Positions 37,277 through 47,960 of a stretch of 58,550 nt of DNA are shown here, piece after piece. Every line of letters starts with the position of its first letter. Position 1 is the first letter of the stretch. This DNA comes from Gammaproteobacteria bacterium. GTDB lineage: Bacteria > Pseudomonadota > Gammaproteobacteria > GCA-001735895. The stretch is from NCBI GenBank assembly GCA_050298595.1, contig JBNKUM010000026.1, forward strand, positions 1 to 58,550, read 5' to 3'. The notes below the pieces were generated by a model, which was not told where the DNA came from, searched no databases, and was given only the letters and a program-made list of their open reading frames with translations. The position numbers and the translations under genes are program-made.

Positions 37277-38773
37277 ATGGCTGAAACTGAAACTGAAGCA
37301 CAGGTCGCACCTGAATCTGAAACTCTGGAAGCGAGCGATTTTAGCGCGCTACTTGATAAAGAGTTCAAGCCCAAGTCAGATCGTTCGAAAAAAGCGGTTG
37401 AAGAAGCAGTCAGGACACTTGCCGAGCAGGCGTTGCAATATACCAGCCTGATTTCAACGGACGTGATGGAGTCGATCGAGTCAATGATTGCTGAGATCGA
37501 TAAACAACTGAGCGATCAAATTAACCTCATCATGCATAATGAAGAATTCCAGAAACTCGAGGGTGCCTGGAGAGGGTTGCATCACCTGGTCAATAACACT
37601 GAAACGGATGAGATGCTGAAAATTCGTGTGTTGAATATTTCAAAAAAAGATCTGCACAAAACCCTGAAAAGTTATAAGGGTACAGCCTGGGACCAAAGTC
37701 CGATCTTCAAAAAACTTTACGAGGAAGAATATGGCCAGTTTGGTGGAGAGCCTTATGGCTGTCTGGTGGGTGATTATTACTTTGATCACAGCCCACCAGA
37801 TGTTGAGTTGCTTGGGCAGATTGCACAAATTTCATCCGCTGCGCATGCGCCATTTATAGCTGCAGCAGCACCTACTCTAATGCAAATGGATAGCTGGCAG
37901 GAGTTGAGTAATCCACGTGATTTAACCAAGATCTTTACTACGCCTGAATATGCGGCATGGCGTTCATTGCGCGAATCGGAAGATGCGCGCTACCTTGGTC
38001 TGGCAATGCCCCGTTTTCTTTCTCGCCTGCCATATGGGGCCAAAACGAATCCGGTTGAAGAGTTTAATTTTGAGGAAGAAACCGAGGGGGCTGATAGTAG
38101 TAAATATACATGGGCTAATTCGGCTTATGCAATGGCAGTCAATATCAACCGCTCTTTTAAAATGTATGGCTGGTGTTCGCGTATTCGCGGTATTGAGTCT
38201 GGTGGTTTAGTTGAAGAACTGCCGACACATACCTTCCCCACCGATGATGGTGGTGTTGATATGAAATGCCCAACAGAGATTGCCATAAGTGATCGCCGTG
38301 AGGCGGAGCTGGCAAAGAATGGATTTATGCCGCTGCTGCACAAAAAAAATGCAGATGTCGCCGCCTTCATTGGTGCTCAGTCACTGCAGAAACCAGCCGA
38401 ATACGACGATCCAGATGCGACAGCTAATGCCAATCTGTCAGCGCGTTTGCCATACCTGTTTGCTACTTGCCGATTTGCGCATTACCTGAAGTGTATTGTG
38501 CGTGACAAGATTGGCTCATTTAAGGAACGTGAGGATATGCAAAAGTGGCTACAGGCCTGGATTATGAATTACGTCGATGGCGATCCGCAGCACTCCAGTG
38601 AAGATGTTAAAGCGCGTAAACCGCTGGCCGCTGCTGAAGTTGTTGTAGAGGAGGTAGAGGGCAATCCGGGGTACTATACCTCAAAGTTTTTTCTACGACC
38701 GCATTATCAGCTGGAAGGACTTACCGTGTCGTTGAGGCTGGTGTCCAAGCTGCCGTCAGTAAAGGGCAGTTAA
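37277..38773 (+). CDS. tssC: T6SS sheath large subunit TssC
   Basis: FQKLEGAWRGL, YEEEYGQFGGEP, KCPTEIAISDRRE and LRPHYQLEGLTVSLRLV. Confidence 0.97.
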   Translation: MAETETEAQVAPESETLEASDFSALLDKEFKPKSDRSKKAVEEAVRTLAEQALQYTSLISTDVMESIESMIAEIDKQLSDQINLIMHNEEFQKLEGAWRGLHHLVNNTETDEMLKIRVLNISKKDLHKTLKSYKGTAWDQSPIFKKLYEEEYGQFGGEPYGCLVGDYYFDHSPPDVELLGQIAQISSAAHAPFIAAAAPTLMQMDSWQELSNPRDLTKIFTTPEYAAWRSLRESEDARYLGLAMPRFLSRLPYGAKTNPVEEFNFEEETEGADSSKYTWANSAYAMAVNINRSFKMYGWCSRIRGIESGGLVEELPTHTFPTDDGGVDMKCPTEIAISDRREAELAKNGFMPLLHKKNADVAAFIGAQSLQKPAEYDDPDATANANLSARLPYLFATCRFAHYLKCIVRDKIGSFKEREDMQKWLQAWIMNYVDGDPQHSSEDVKARKPLAAAEVVVEEVEGNPGYYTSKFFLRPHYQLEGLTVSLRLVSKLPSVKGS

Positions 38774-38954
38774 AGAAGTGTTTCAGGATGTGTGCATTGT
38801 CGTTAAACATGAAGACGGTGAAGAAATTGAGTCTTAAAGCAGTCATGTAACCACGGTTGTACATAAAAATGGGGCTGAGTGTTATCGTGATGTTTAACAG
38901 CAATGCTCAGTGAAACGAGTGGTAAGTAATCAATTTTTGAGAAAGGAGATTATC

Positions 38955-39440
38955 ATGGCTGTAGATATGTTTATAAAAATCGATGATATAGAAGGTGAGT
39001 CTGTAGATGATGTGCATGCAGGTGAGATAGATGTATTGTCGTGGAGTTGGGGGATGTCGCAATCAGGTACTACACATAGTGGGCCAGGTGGTGGTGCTGG
39101 CAAGGTCAACGTACAGGACCTCTCATTTACCCACTATGTTGATAAGGCTTCAGCCAATCTAATGAAGATGTGCTGTAATGGCAAGCATTTTGAAGAGGCC
39201 ACATTAGTGGTGCGTAAGGCTGGGGAAACACCCCTTGAATACATGATTATCACAATGAAGGGCGGTCTGATTTCTTCGGTGTCCACCGGAGGCTCTGGTG
39301 GTGAGGATCGGATAACGGAGAATGTCACTTTAAATTTCTCTGAATTCAAGACTGAGTATGTACCACAGATGGCCGATGGTTCTGGTGATGCCTCAGTCAT
39401 TGTTGGCTGGAACATTGCAAATAACGTGGATGCATCCTGA
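38955..39440 (+). CDS. hcp: T6SS tube protein Hcp
   Basis: MAVDMFIKIDDIEGES..H..EIDVLSWSWG..ENVTLNF; RBS AAGGAG supports ATG 38955. Confidence 0.96.
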   Translation: MAVDMFIKIDDIEGESVDDVHAGEIDVLSWSWGMSQSGTTHSGPGGGAGKVNVQDLSFTHYVDKASANLMKMCCNGKHFEEATLVVRKAGETPLEYMIITMKGGLISSVSTGGSGGEDRITENVTLNFSEFKTEYVPQMADGSGDASVIVGWNIANNVDAS

Positions 39441-39464
39441 CACATTTTTTTATGCCTGTTAACT

Positions 39465-39492
39465 CCAGGGCGCCTCATCAGAAGTGCCCTGG
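39465..39492 (+). terminator. Hairpin downstream of hcp
   Basis: ccagggcgc..gtgccctgg stem; no clear U tract. Confidence 0.4.
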
Positions 39493-39623
39493 CTAAAGCT
39501 CAAATTCCATAGGCTTATGCGGGGATTTGAAAGTGAGGCAGAGTGTATTTGAATATTTGTTATCAGAATGCTGTCGAATTATTTCCACGTCAGCAAAATC
39601 CACGGTGAAATAATGGGGATGTT

Positions 39624-40478
39624 ATGGATGCGCAGGAGAGCCTATCACAAGGCGAACTGGAAGAAACGCTACTTCAGTTACAGGCAACAGTGCGCAGCGA
39701 TCCTTCCAATGTTAAACATAGAGTATTTTTGTTTCAACTGCTCACAGTAATGGGGCAGTGGGATCGTGCTTTGACTCAGCTTAATGTTGCGGGTGAACTG
39801 GATGCCAGTACTTTAGCGATGGTACAGACCTATCGGGAGGCCTTACTCTGTGAAGGTTTGAGGGCAGATGTCTTTGCCGGTAAGCGTTCGCCAGTTGTTT
39901 TTGGTAAGCCTGAACAATGGATAGCACTATTACTAGAGTCACTGAGCTTAATGGCTGACGGGCAATATGCTAAATCGCAGGACGTCAGAAACCAGGCTTT
40001 CGAGCTGGCACCAGCAACCTCTGGCGTCATTGGAGACCCTGCGAGCCCGGATAGCGAAGCGTTTGAGTGGATTGCTGATGCTGATACTCGAATGGGGCCA
40101 GTGCTCGAAGCCATCATAAATGGCAGATATTACTGGGTTCCATTTAATCGTATACAGTCCATAAATATAGAAGCGCCTGAAGATGTGCGGGATATGGTGT
40201 GGATGCCTGCCTATTTCACCTGGGCTAATGGGGGAGAAACAGTAGGTTTGATACCCACCCGTTATCCCGGTTCTGAGGTGAGTGAAGATAAGCTGATTCG
40301 CATTGCACGCAAAACCATATGGCAGGAGCTGGATAACGGTGTTTATCAGGGCATGGGACAGCGTATGTTAACAACGGATGTGGGTGAGTACCCGTTAATG
40401 GACTTGCGTATGATCACATTAAATTCAGAGGCAGACGAAACAACAGATTTCAGCGTTTCAGAAGAGATAGAACCCTAA
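39624..40478 (+). CDS. tagJ: T6SS accessory TagJ/ImpE
   Basis: RVFLFQLL..WDRALTQL, FEWIADADTRMGPVLE, YYWVPF and IPTRYP. Confidence 0.92.
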   Translation: MDAQESLSQGELEETLLQLQATVRSDPSNVKHRVFLFQLLTVMGQWDRALTQLNVAGELDASTLAMVQTYREALLCEGLRADVFAGKRSPVVFGKPEQWIALLLESLSLMADGQYAKSQDVRNQAFELAPATSGVIGDPASPDSEAFEWIADADTRMGPVLEAIINGRYYWVPFNRIQSINIEAPEDVRDMVWMPAYFTWANGGETVGLIPTRYPGSEVSEDKLIRIARKTIWQELDNGVYQGMGQRMLTTDVGEYPLMDLRMITLNSEADETTDFSVSEEIEP

Positions 40479-40503
40479 TGGCTGACACTAATGGCTGTAC
40501 GTA

Positions 40504-41013
40504 ATGGCCAAACTACGCAATCAGGACCAATTACATTCGTCTTTGCTTGATCGGCTCGTTGATGATGAGCCCGATAAAAAAACAGAGCCTAAAGATAAAC
40601 GCGGAATATCACAGGCAAAACTGCGCGAATCGGTGTTGCGTGATTTGAACTGGTTATTTAACACCAGCAATTTGAGCACAGTTCAGGATCTTGAAAACTA
40701 TCCAGAGGTGGCTAATTCGGTTCTCAATTATGGCATGCCCGATTTTACCGGGCATACAATTTCTGGTGTCGATGTGCCTGAAATCGAACGTCTGTTACGC
40801 CAGGTGATATCTGACTTTGAGCCACGCATTCTTCGTCGCAGCATCAGAATTAAGCTCAACGTGAATGAACAGCTGATGAATCATAATGCTATGTCTTTTG
40901 ATATTGAAGGCGAGTTGTGGGCACACCCGCTACCACTGCAAGTTTTTTTGAAAACCGAACTTGATTTAGATGTTGGTGAAATAAAAGTTTTAGATTACTC
41001 CGGCTCTATATAA
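40504..41013 (+). CDS. tssE: T6SS baseplate TssE (gp25-like)
   Basis: SLLDRL, VLRDLNWLFNT, SVLNYGMPD and FEPR. Confidence 0.94.
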   Translation: MAKLRNQDQLHSSLLDRLVDDEPDKKTEPKDKRGISQAKLRESVLRDLNWLFNTSNLSTVQDLENYPEVANSVLNYGMPDFTGHTISGVDVPEIERLLRQVISDFEPRILRRSIRIKLNVNEQLMNHNAMSFDIEGELWAHPLPLQVFLKTELDLDVGEIKVLDYSGSI

Positions 41014-41038
41014 ATGAGAAATATAATGGAAGCATTTA

Positions 41039-42916
41039 ATGGACCCTAGATTGCTCAAGTATTATAACTCTGAACTGCATTTTATGCGTGAAATGGGCGG
41101 AGAGTTCGCCAAACAGTTTCCTAAAATTGCAGGCAGGTTAGGGCTTGATGGGTTCGAGTGTAGTGACCCCTATGTAGAACGCCTGCTGGAAGGTTTCGGG
41201 TTTTTAGCGGCGCGCATTCAACTTAAACTTGATGCAGAATTCCCCTCCTTTACCCAGCATCTACTGGAGATGGTGTATCCACATTATTTAGCACCAACGC
41301 CTTCCATGACCGTAGTAAAGTTACAACCGGATTTAAGCGAAGGTGCATTGGCTGAGGGTTTTACGGTACCACGACAGAGTGCTTTGCGTAGCCTGATTGG
41401 AAAAGGCGAACAAACCCCCTGTGAATTCCGAACCTCGCATGAGGTTACCTTATGGCCGCTGGAGATAACTGAAGCGGAATACGTTACCAATACGCAGGCT
41501 TTACCTAACATAAACGAGCCACATTTACCGACACCCAAAGCAGGCTTTCGTTTACGGCTGTGTACAACGGCGGGGCTAAGGTTTGAAAATTTATCACTTG
41601 ATCATCTTCCGCTGTATTTGCATGGAAGTGATGAAATTCCAATGCATATGTATGAACAGATACTGGCAAATAGTGTTGCGTTGGTTCTGCGTTCAACTTC
41701 TGACTCAAACCCCTGGCAAAAGGTTATAGATCGAAGTCACATAAAACGTGCAGGCTTCAATGAAAACGAGGCAATGTTACCGTACGGTGCACAATCTTTT
41801 AGTGGGTATCGTCTGCTGCATGAATATTTTGCATATCCTGAGGGTTTTCTGTTTGTTGATTTATCCGGTCTGGGTGAAGCCGTGAGTCAATGCACTGACA
41901 ATGAGCTGGAACTCTTCATTTTAATGAATCAAATTAATCCAGTGCTGGAACATAAAATTGATGTCTCGGCGTTTGACATGTTTTGTACAACCGCCATCAA
42001 TCTGTTTCCCAAGCGAGCCGACCGCATACATCTTAATAGCAGAGAAAATGAGTATCATGTGGTTCCCGATCTTACCCGTCCTATGGATTTTGAGGTCTAT
42101 CAGGTAAGCGCTGTGGTTGGTCATGGTACAGGGGAAAACAGGCAACAGGAATTTCTGCCGTTTTACTCTTCTGATGAAACCAGTTTTCGCGCAGAAAGTA
42201 GTGCTTATTACACTATACGTCGTGAATCACGGTTGTTATCTGTACGCCAGAAACGTTATGGACCTCGTTCAAATTATGTCGGCAGTGAGGTCTTTGTCTC
42301 CATTGTCGATGCAGCTGAAGCGCCTTATTCCACAGAACTGCGCCAGCTTGCTGTTACAACATTATGTACCAATCGGGATTTACCCTTGCATATGCCGGTA
42401 GGTACAGGCAAGACTGACTTTACACTGGAGTCTGGCGCACCAGTAGAATCCATTCGATGCATTTGTGCGCCGAGTAAACCCAAGCCTTCCTATGCAGAAG
42501 GTGATACTGCCTGGCGATTAATCAGCCATTTATCACTGAATTATCTTTCTCTGGTTGATTCTGACGAACAAAAAGGCGCTGCTGCATTACGAGAAATACT
42601 TAAGTTATACGGTTATATCACTGAAGCGCATATCGAAAAACAAATTGAAGGCGTGTTATCGATTACAACTATTCCTGTCACAAGGCGCATGCCACTCGAC
42701 GGCCCCATCACATTTGGCCGAGGACTGGAAGTAACAGTGACGATGGATGAGGCCGCTTTTGAGGGCACGGGTTGCTTTTTATTAGGCGCAATACTAGAAA
42801 ACTTTTTTGCAAAATCTGTTTCTATCAATTCGTTTACGGAAACGGTTATTAAGACAGACAGGCGTGGGGAGATAATGCGATGGCCCGTAAGAATCGGCCG
42901 CAAGCAGGTGTTATAG
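41039..42916 (+). CDS. tssF: T6SS baseplate TssF
   Basis: YYNSELHFMRE..FPKIAGRL..DPYVERLLEGF; WRLISHLSLNYLSL; SINSF. Confidence 0.96.
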   Translation: MDPRLLKYYNSELHFMREMGGEFAKQFPKIAGRLGLDGFECSDPYVERLLEGFGFLAARIQLKLDAEFPSFTQHLLEMVYPHYLAPTPSMTVVKLQPDLSEGALAEGFTVPRQSALRSLIGKGEQTPCEFRTSHEVTLWPLEITEAEYVTNTQALPNINEPHLPTPKAGFRLRLCTTAGLRFENLSLDHLPLYLHGSDEIPMHMYEQILANSVALVLRSTSDSNPWQKVIDRSHIKRAGFNENEAMLPYGAQSFSGYRLLHEYFAYPEGFLFVDLSGLGEAVSQCTDNELELFILMNQINPVLEHKIDVSAFDMFCTTAINLFPKRADRIHLNSRENEYHVVPDLTRPMDFEVYQVSAVVGHGTGENRQQEFLPFYSSDETSFRAESSAYYTIRRESRLLSVRQKRYGPRSNYVGSEVFVSIVDAAEAPYSTELRQLAVTTLCTNRDLPLHMPVGTGKTDFTLESGAPVESIRCICAPSKPKPSYAEGDTAWRLISHLSLNYLSLVDSDEQKGAAALREILKLYGYITEAHIEKQIEGVLSITTIPVTRRMPLDGPITFGRGLEVTVTMDEAAFEGTGCFLLGAILENFFAKSVSINSFTETVIKTDRRGEIMRWPVRIGRKQVL

Positions 42917-44001
42917 CGCCGCGAACAAAAACAGCTGATGTTAAGCTAACAGGCACTAAAACGTCTGACAGTCATGTTGCTGAAATTGCTGCGTTGGAAA
43001 AACTTCTGCAACAGCAACCTTATAAATTTGGTTTTTATCAGGTGCTTCGGCGTTTTGAATGTCTCTATCCTGATCAACCAAAAATTGGTACATCATTACG
43101 ACCTGTTAATGATGTATTACGGCTTGTTCAAGAGCCCTCAATGGCATTTTCTCCAGCTACACTGAACTCTTTTAAAATTTCCAGGAAGGGGCCTGGCAAA
43201 GAGAAGCAACCGTCAAAACTGGCGGTTAACTTTTTTGGCCTGTTGGGGCCAAATGGACCGCTGCCGCTCCACCTCACTGAGTTTGCGCGAGACCGTTTAC
43301 GTAATGATGAAGATCCGACCTTCAGTGAATTTCTCAATATATTTAATCACCGTATGTTGTCTTTGTTTTATCGATCCTGGGCGAGTGCACAACCGACAGT
43401 TAATTTTGATCGACCGCAAGAGGACAGGTTTCGTACCTATACTGGCGCTCTGTTTGGTCTTGGAATGCCCTCTTTTTGTGACCGGGATGAAGTTCCTGAT
43501 CGAGTAAAGCTGCATTTTGCCGGCAGATTGTCATCACAAAATCGGAACGTCGAAGGCCTTGTAGTGATGATCAGAAGTTTCTTTAACATACCGGTTGAGA
43601 TTGAACAGTTTGTAGGTGAGTGGATGCAGATTCCTGATGACTGTTACTGCTACCTTGGTGAATCACCGGAAATGGGGACCTTAGGGGAAAGCATTGTCAT
43701 CGGTGACCAGGTTTGGGAATGCCAGCAGAAATTTCGTCTTATTCTTGGGCCCTTAAATATTGATGAATATGAACGATTTTTACCCGGACGAGAAAGTGGT
43801 AAACGGCTGCGAGCGATGGTTCGAAATTATGTTGGCGATAGTATGAACTGGGATGTAAATCTGGTTTTAAAACATGAAAAAGTGACACCCGCTAAGTTAG
43901 GTGAAAACGATTTGCTCGGCTGGAACACCTGGCTAGGTGATCGAATCAGTAATGATGATGCCAACGATCTGTTACTGGAACCAATGAGTGCCATGATCTA
44001 A
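42880..44001 (+). CDS. tssG: T6SS baseplate TssG
   Basis: FGFYQVLR, FFGLLGPNGPLPLHLTE, FLNIFNHRMLSLFYRSW and LGWNTWLG. Confidence 0.94.
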   Translation: MARKNRPQAGVIAPRTKTADVKLTGTKTSDSHVAEIAALEKLLQQQPYKFGFYQVLRRFECLYPDQPKIGTSLRPVNDVLRLVQEPSMAFSPATLNSFKISRKGPGKEKQPSKLAVNFFGLLGPNGPLPLHLTEFARDRLRNDEDPTFSEFLNIFNHRMLSLFYRSWASAQPTVNFDRPQEDRFRTYTGALFGLGMPSFCDRDEVPDRVKLHFAGRLSSQNRNVEGLVVMIRSFFNIPVEIEQFVGEWMQIPDDCYCYLGESPEMGTLGESIVIGDQVWECQQKFRLILGPLNIDEYERFLPGRESGKRLRAMVRNYVGDSMNWDVNLVLKHEKVTPAKLGENDLLGWNTWLGDRISNDDANDLLLEPMSAMI

Positions 44002-44049
44002 CGTATATCACTTAGATAATTTTAAAAAAATGTTATAGGGAGTTAGTCA

Positions 44050-46821
44050 ATGTCAGAAATTAATCGTGTTTCATTATTTGGTAAGCTCAACGAAATAGCA
44101 TATAAGGGAATTGAGAGTGCCACCGTGTTCTGTAAAATGCGCGGCAATCCCTATGTTGAACTGGTGCACTGGCTAAATCAGATTCTGCAATTACAGGACT
44201 CGGATTTACACCGCATCATCAAACAGTTCAATCTGGATCCGTCACACCTGGCCAGGGACTTTACCGCTGCGCTGGATAAATTGCCGCGCGGCTCCACTTC
44301 CATTTCTGATCTGTCCTCTCATGTCGAAGAAGCCGTGGAACGAGGCTGGGTCTACAGTACGTTAATGTTTGGTGAGTCACAGGTACGTACCGGACACCTG
44401 ATTGTCGGCATCCTGAAAACACCAGGACTACGCAACGCCTTGCCGGCAATCTCAAAGGAATTTGAAAAAGTTAAGATTGACACCCTTACCGAACGGTTTG
44501 ATGAGGTGGTCGGCGGGTCGCCAGAAGACCGGATGAGTGCTACCGATGGTTTTCAGATCGGCGGTGGGGCGGCTCCGGGTGAGGCCAGTGGAGCAATGCC
44601 TCCGGCGCAAATGGGTAAGCAGGAAGCATTGCAGCAGTTTTCGGTAGATTTAACTGACAAGGCTCGCAAAGGAGAGCTCGATCCTATCGTTGGACGTGAT
44701 GGCGAAATTCGTCAGATTGTCGATATCCTGATGCGTAGAAGGCAAAACAATCCGATACTCACCGGTGAGGCGGGTGTGGGTAAAACCGCCGTGGTAGAAG
44801 GTTTCGCACTACGCATTGCATCTGGCGATGTGCCACCAGCGCTCAAGGATGTTACCCTGCGTAACCTCGACATCGGACTGTTACAGGCTGGTGCCAGCAT
44901 GAAAGGCGAATTTGAACAACGTTTGCGGCAGGTTATCGAAGAAGTTCAGGCATCAGCTAAACCCATCATCCTGTTTATCGATGAGGCCCATACCTTGATC
45001 GGAGCTGGCGGGGCGGCAGGTACCGGTGACGCGGCGAACCTGCTTAAACCTGCACTGGCACGTGGCACTCTGCGCACAGTTGCCGCCACCACCTGGGCGG
45101 AGTACAAGAAATATTTCGAAAAAGATCCGGCGCTTACGCGGCGTTTTCAGGTGATTCAGGTGGACGAACCCAGCGAAGAAAAAGCCATATTGATGATGCG
45201 AGGTATGGCATCAACCATGGAAAACCATCACCGGGTTCAGGTTCTGGATGAGGCACTGGAAGCTTCAGTTCGTTTATCCCATCGCTATATCCCTGCTCGT
45301 CAGTTGCCGGATAAATCGGTCAGCTTACTGGATACTGCCTGCGCCCGTGTGGCTGTAAGCCAGCATGCCGTGCCCGCTGAAGTCGATGATACACGACGTA
45401 GAATCGAGGCCTTGCAAACGGAACTCGAGATTATCGAGCGTGAAAAAACCGTGGGTGTAGACACTGTCGCACGGGAAGAATTGGTGAATAATAAACTTGA
45501 GGAAGAGAATGCCCGTCTCGAGCTGCTGGATCAGCGCTGGAATTCGGAGAAGGAACTGGTGCAGCAGATTCTGGATATTCGCAGTCAGTTGCGCGGACAG
45601 CTGGGTAAGGTAGAAGGTACCGAGAGCGAGCTGGAGAAGGCCGCAGACACGGTTGCCGAAACTGTATCGGTAGACACTGGCGGTAGTGCAGATGATCCTG
45701 TTGAGCAAGTTGAAGAGCTGTCACCTGAACAGCGTAAAGACCTGTTGCAAACACTTCAGGGTCTGCAGGAACAGCTCTCAGAATTGCAGGGGGAACTGCC
45801 GTTAATCCTGGCCAGCGTAGACGGACAGGCCGTGGCCTCGGTGGTGGCCGACTGGACCGGTATTCCGGTTGGACGCATGGTCAAGAACGAGGCTGAGGCA
45901 GTGCTCAAACTTGGTGAAACCCTGAACCAGCGAGTTATTGGTCAGCGCCATGCTCTGGATATCATCGCCCGGCGCGTTCAGACTTCCAGAGCACGTCTCG
46001 ATAATCCCAACAAACCCATTGGTGTTTTCCTGTTGTGTGGCCCTTCAGGTGTCGGTAAAACGGAAACCGGACTCGCACTGGCCGAGTCGCTGTATGGCGG
46101 TGAACAGAATGTAATTACCATCAACATGAGCGAATTCCAGGAAGCACACTCCGTCTCCACACTCAAAGGTTCACCTCCGGGATATGTGGGTTACGGTGAG
46201 GGGGGCATTCTTACCGAAGCCGTGCGGCGTAAACCCTATAGTGTGGTGCTGCTGGATGAGATAGAAAAGGCGCATCCCGATGTGCACGAAATCTTTTTCC
46301 AGATCTTCGACAAGGGCTGGATGGAAGACGCCGAAGGCCGCTATATTGACTTCAAGAATACATTGATATTGCTTACCTCCAATGTCGGTACCGATCTCAT
46401 CATGAGCATGTGTAAGGATCCAGAGTTGATGCCCGAACCGGAAGGGATAACCAAAGCGTTGCATGAGCCGCTATTAAAAGTTTTCCCCGCCGCCTTACTG
46501 GGACGTCTGGTCGTTATTCCCTATTACCCACTTAGTGATGAAGTGATGCACCTGATCATCAAATTGCAACTGGGACGTATCGAGAAACGCATCGCCGAGA
46601 ATCACGATATTCCGTTTGGCTATGATGATGAAGTCATCAATGTCATTGCTGAACGCTGTGGTGAAGTCGAGAGCGGTGCACGGGTAGTGGACGCGATATT
46701 GACCAATACCGTATTGCCTAAAATCAGTCAGGAATTTCTCATCCGAATGATGCAAGGGGAGAAGATTGAGCGGGTGCAGGTGAGTATTGAAGATGGAGAA
46801 TTTAGATATGGGTTTGAGTGA
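44050..46821 (+). CDS. tssH: T6SS AAA+ ATPase ClpV/TssH
   Basis: RRRQNNPILTGEAGVGKT, LLQAGASMKGEFE, GPSGVGKTE and GSPPGYVGYGEGG. Confidence 0.97.
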   Translation: MSEINRVSLFGKLNEIAYKGIESATVFCKMRGNPYVELVHWLNQILQLQDSDLHRIIKQFNLDPSHLARDFTAALDKLPRGSTSISDLSSHVEEAVERGWVYSTLMFGESQVRTGHLIVGILKTPGLRNALPAISKEFEKVKIDTLTERFDEVVGGSPEDRMSATDGFQIGGGAAPGEASGAMPPAQMGKQEALQQFSVDLTDKARKGELDPIVGRDGEIRQIVDILMRRRQNNPILTGEAGVGKTAVVEGFALRIASGDVPPALKDVTLRNLDIGLLQAGASMKGEFEQRLRQVIEEVQASAKPIILFIDEAHTLIGAGGAAGTGDAANLLKPALARGTLRTVAATTWAEYKKYFEKDPALTRRFQVIQVDEPSEEKAILMMRGMASTMENHHRVQVLDEALEASVRLSHRYIPARQLPDKSVSLLDTACARVAVSQHAVPAEVDDTRRRIEALQTELEIIEREKTVGVDTVAREELVNNKLEEENARLELLDQRWNSEKELVQQILDIRSQLRGQLGKVEGTESELEKAADTVAETVSVDTGGSADDPVEQVEELSPEQRKDLLQTLQGLQEQLSELQGELPLILASVDGQAVASVVADWTGIPVGRMVKNEAEAVLKLGETLNQRVIGQRHALDIIARRVQTSRARLDNPNKPIGVFLLCGPSGVGKTETGLALAESLYGGEQNVITINMSEFQEAHSVSTLKGSPPGYVGYGEGGILTEAVRRKPYSVVLLDEIEKAHPDVHEIFFQIFDKGWMEDAEGRYIDFKNTLILLTSNVGTDLIMSMCKDPELMPEPEGITKALHEPLLKVFPAALLGRLVVIPYYPLSDEVMHLIIKLQLGRIEKRIAENHDIPFGYDDEVINVIAERCGEVESGARVVDAILTNTVLPKISQEFLIRMMQGEKIERVQVSIEDGEFRYGFE

Positions 46822-46904
46822 TTAGATAATTATTTTGGAGGGTTGGACGAATTTTAGTCGAGTCTGCCCCATTGATTGCATTAGCAGAACTTGAGGACAT
46901 ATAA

Positions 46905-47948
46905 ATGACATGGGTAAACTTGGTTGTAGGGACTTACTCTGTACAGACGCTAGATATTGCTAATTGGTCTATAAATCAACGCATATCAGTATTGACTGAA
47001 TGTCTTACTAAGCTGGAACAATATCGTACAGAAAGGATGCAGAAGGACGAGGAATGGCGATGGCAAGATTATAGCGGGCGCGCGAGCATGATACTTGTTG
47101 CTCCAGAGTACATGTTTACAGCAAAAAACTTTCAGCTATGTTTTATCTCAGATTTAAAAAGTAATCGGTTCCTTGAAAAGGATGAAAGGGATAATGTTGT
47201 TGCAGCGCTACAAAAGATAAGCTCACGCTACGGATCACAGTTGGTGTTTGCTCCTGGGTCTATTGCATTCAGACAGAAGCTCTCATCCATTGCGATAGAC
47301 AGACTGGAAAAGGTCTCACTGGCCAAAACACATATAGAGACAGCAGCGACACATCTACAAAAAAGGCAATACCCAAGTTTGACTGGTGATGCCTACCTCG
47401 ACAAAACGTTAGCAAGTGATTTAGCGGGGCATGCTCCTCAAACGCCCAGAGAAAAGCTACAGCAATTGCATAAAGCAGGGACGGATACCACCGGAACCTA
47501 TTATCTTGCTGACAACGCTATGTATCTGTTCAATAGAGGCAGAATCATTGCCAGTTACACCAAGCGAGCTGATTTTCATGAAAGACTTCCTGATGCGCCG
47601 GCCAATACCATCTTCATACCTGGAATCAAGCCTGGACGTGCAACGGTAGGTGCAATCAACTTTGGGATTGAGATCTGCTTTGATCATGCAAACGGTGTCC
47701 TGAAGAGCACCCCTTCAGGCACGGGTGTGCTACCAAGTATTCATTTGCTGTGTTCAGCATCTGTCGGTAATGATACCAGTTCTGTCCTGGTTCGTGAGGG
47801 GGGGTATCTGATACATGCGTCGAGTGACGAGAGCGAAACAGTTATTCGGCGCAAGATGAGTGGTGCATGGCAAGATGCCATGGAAAAACAAACGCCAATT
47901 GCAAAAGGAGGTAAGCTGAAGCTGGGAACCATTGAGCTGAATATATGA
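46905..47948 (+). CDS. Divergent carbon-nitrogen hydrolase (nitrilase-superfamily-like) protein
   Basis: Putative Glu-Lys-Cys triad: LVAPEYMF, NAMYLFN..YTKRADF, FGIEICFDH; RBS GAGGA. Confidence 0.6.
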   Translation: MTWVNLVVGTYSVQTLDIANWSINQRISVLTECLTKLEQYRTERMQKDEEWRWQDYSGRASMILVAPEYMFTAKNFQLCFISDLKSNRFLEKDERDNVVAALQKISSRYGSQLVFAPGSIAFRQKLSSIAIDRLEKVSLAKTHIETAATHLQKRQYPSLTGDAYLDKTLASDLAGHAPQTPREKLQQLHKAGTDTTGTYYLADNAMYLFNRGRIIASYTKRADFHERLPDAPANTIFIPGIKPGRATVGAINFGIEICFDHANGVLKSTPSGTGVLPSIHLLCSASVGNDTSSVLVREGGYLIHASSDESETVIRRKMSGAWQDAMEKQTPIAKGGKLKLGTIELNI

Positions 47949-47960
47949 ATATAGCCAGCC

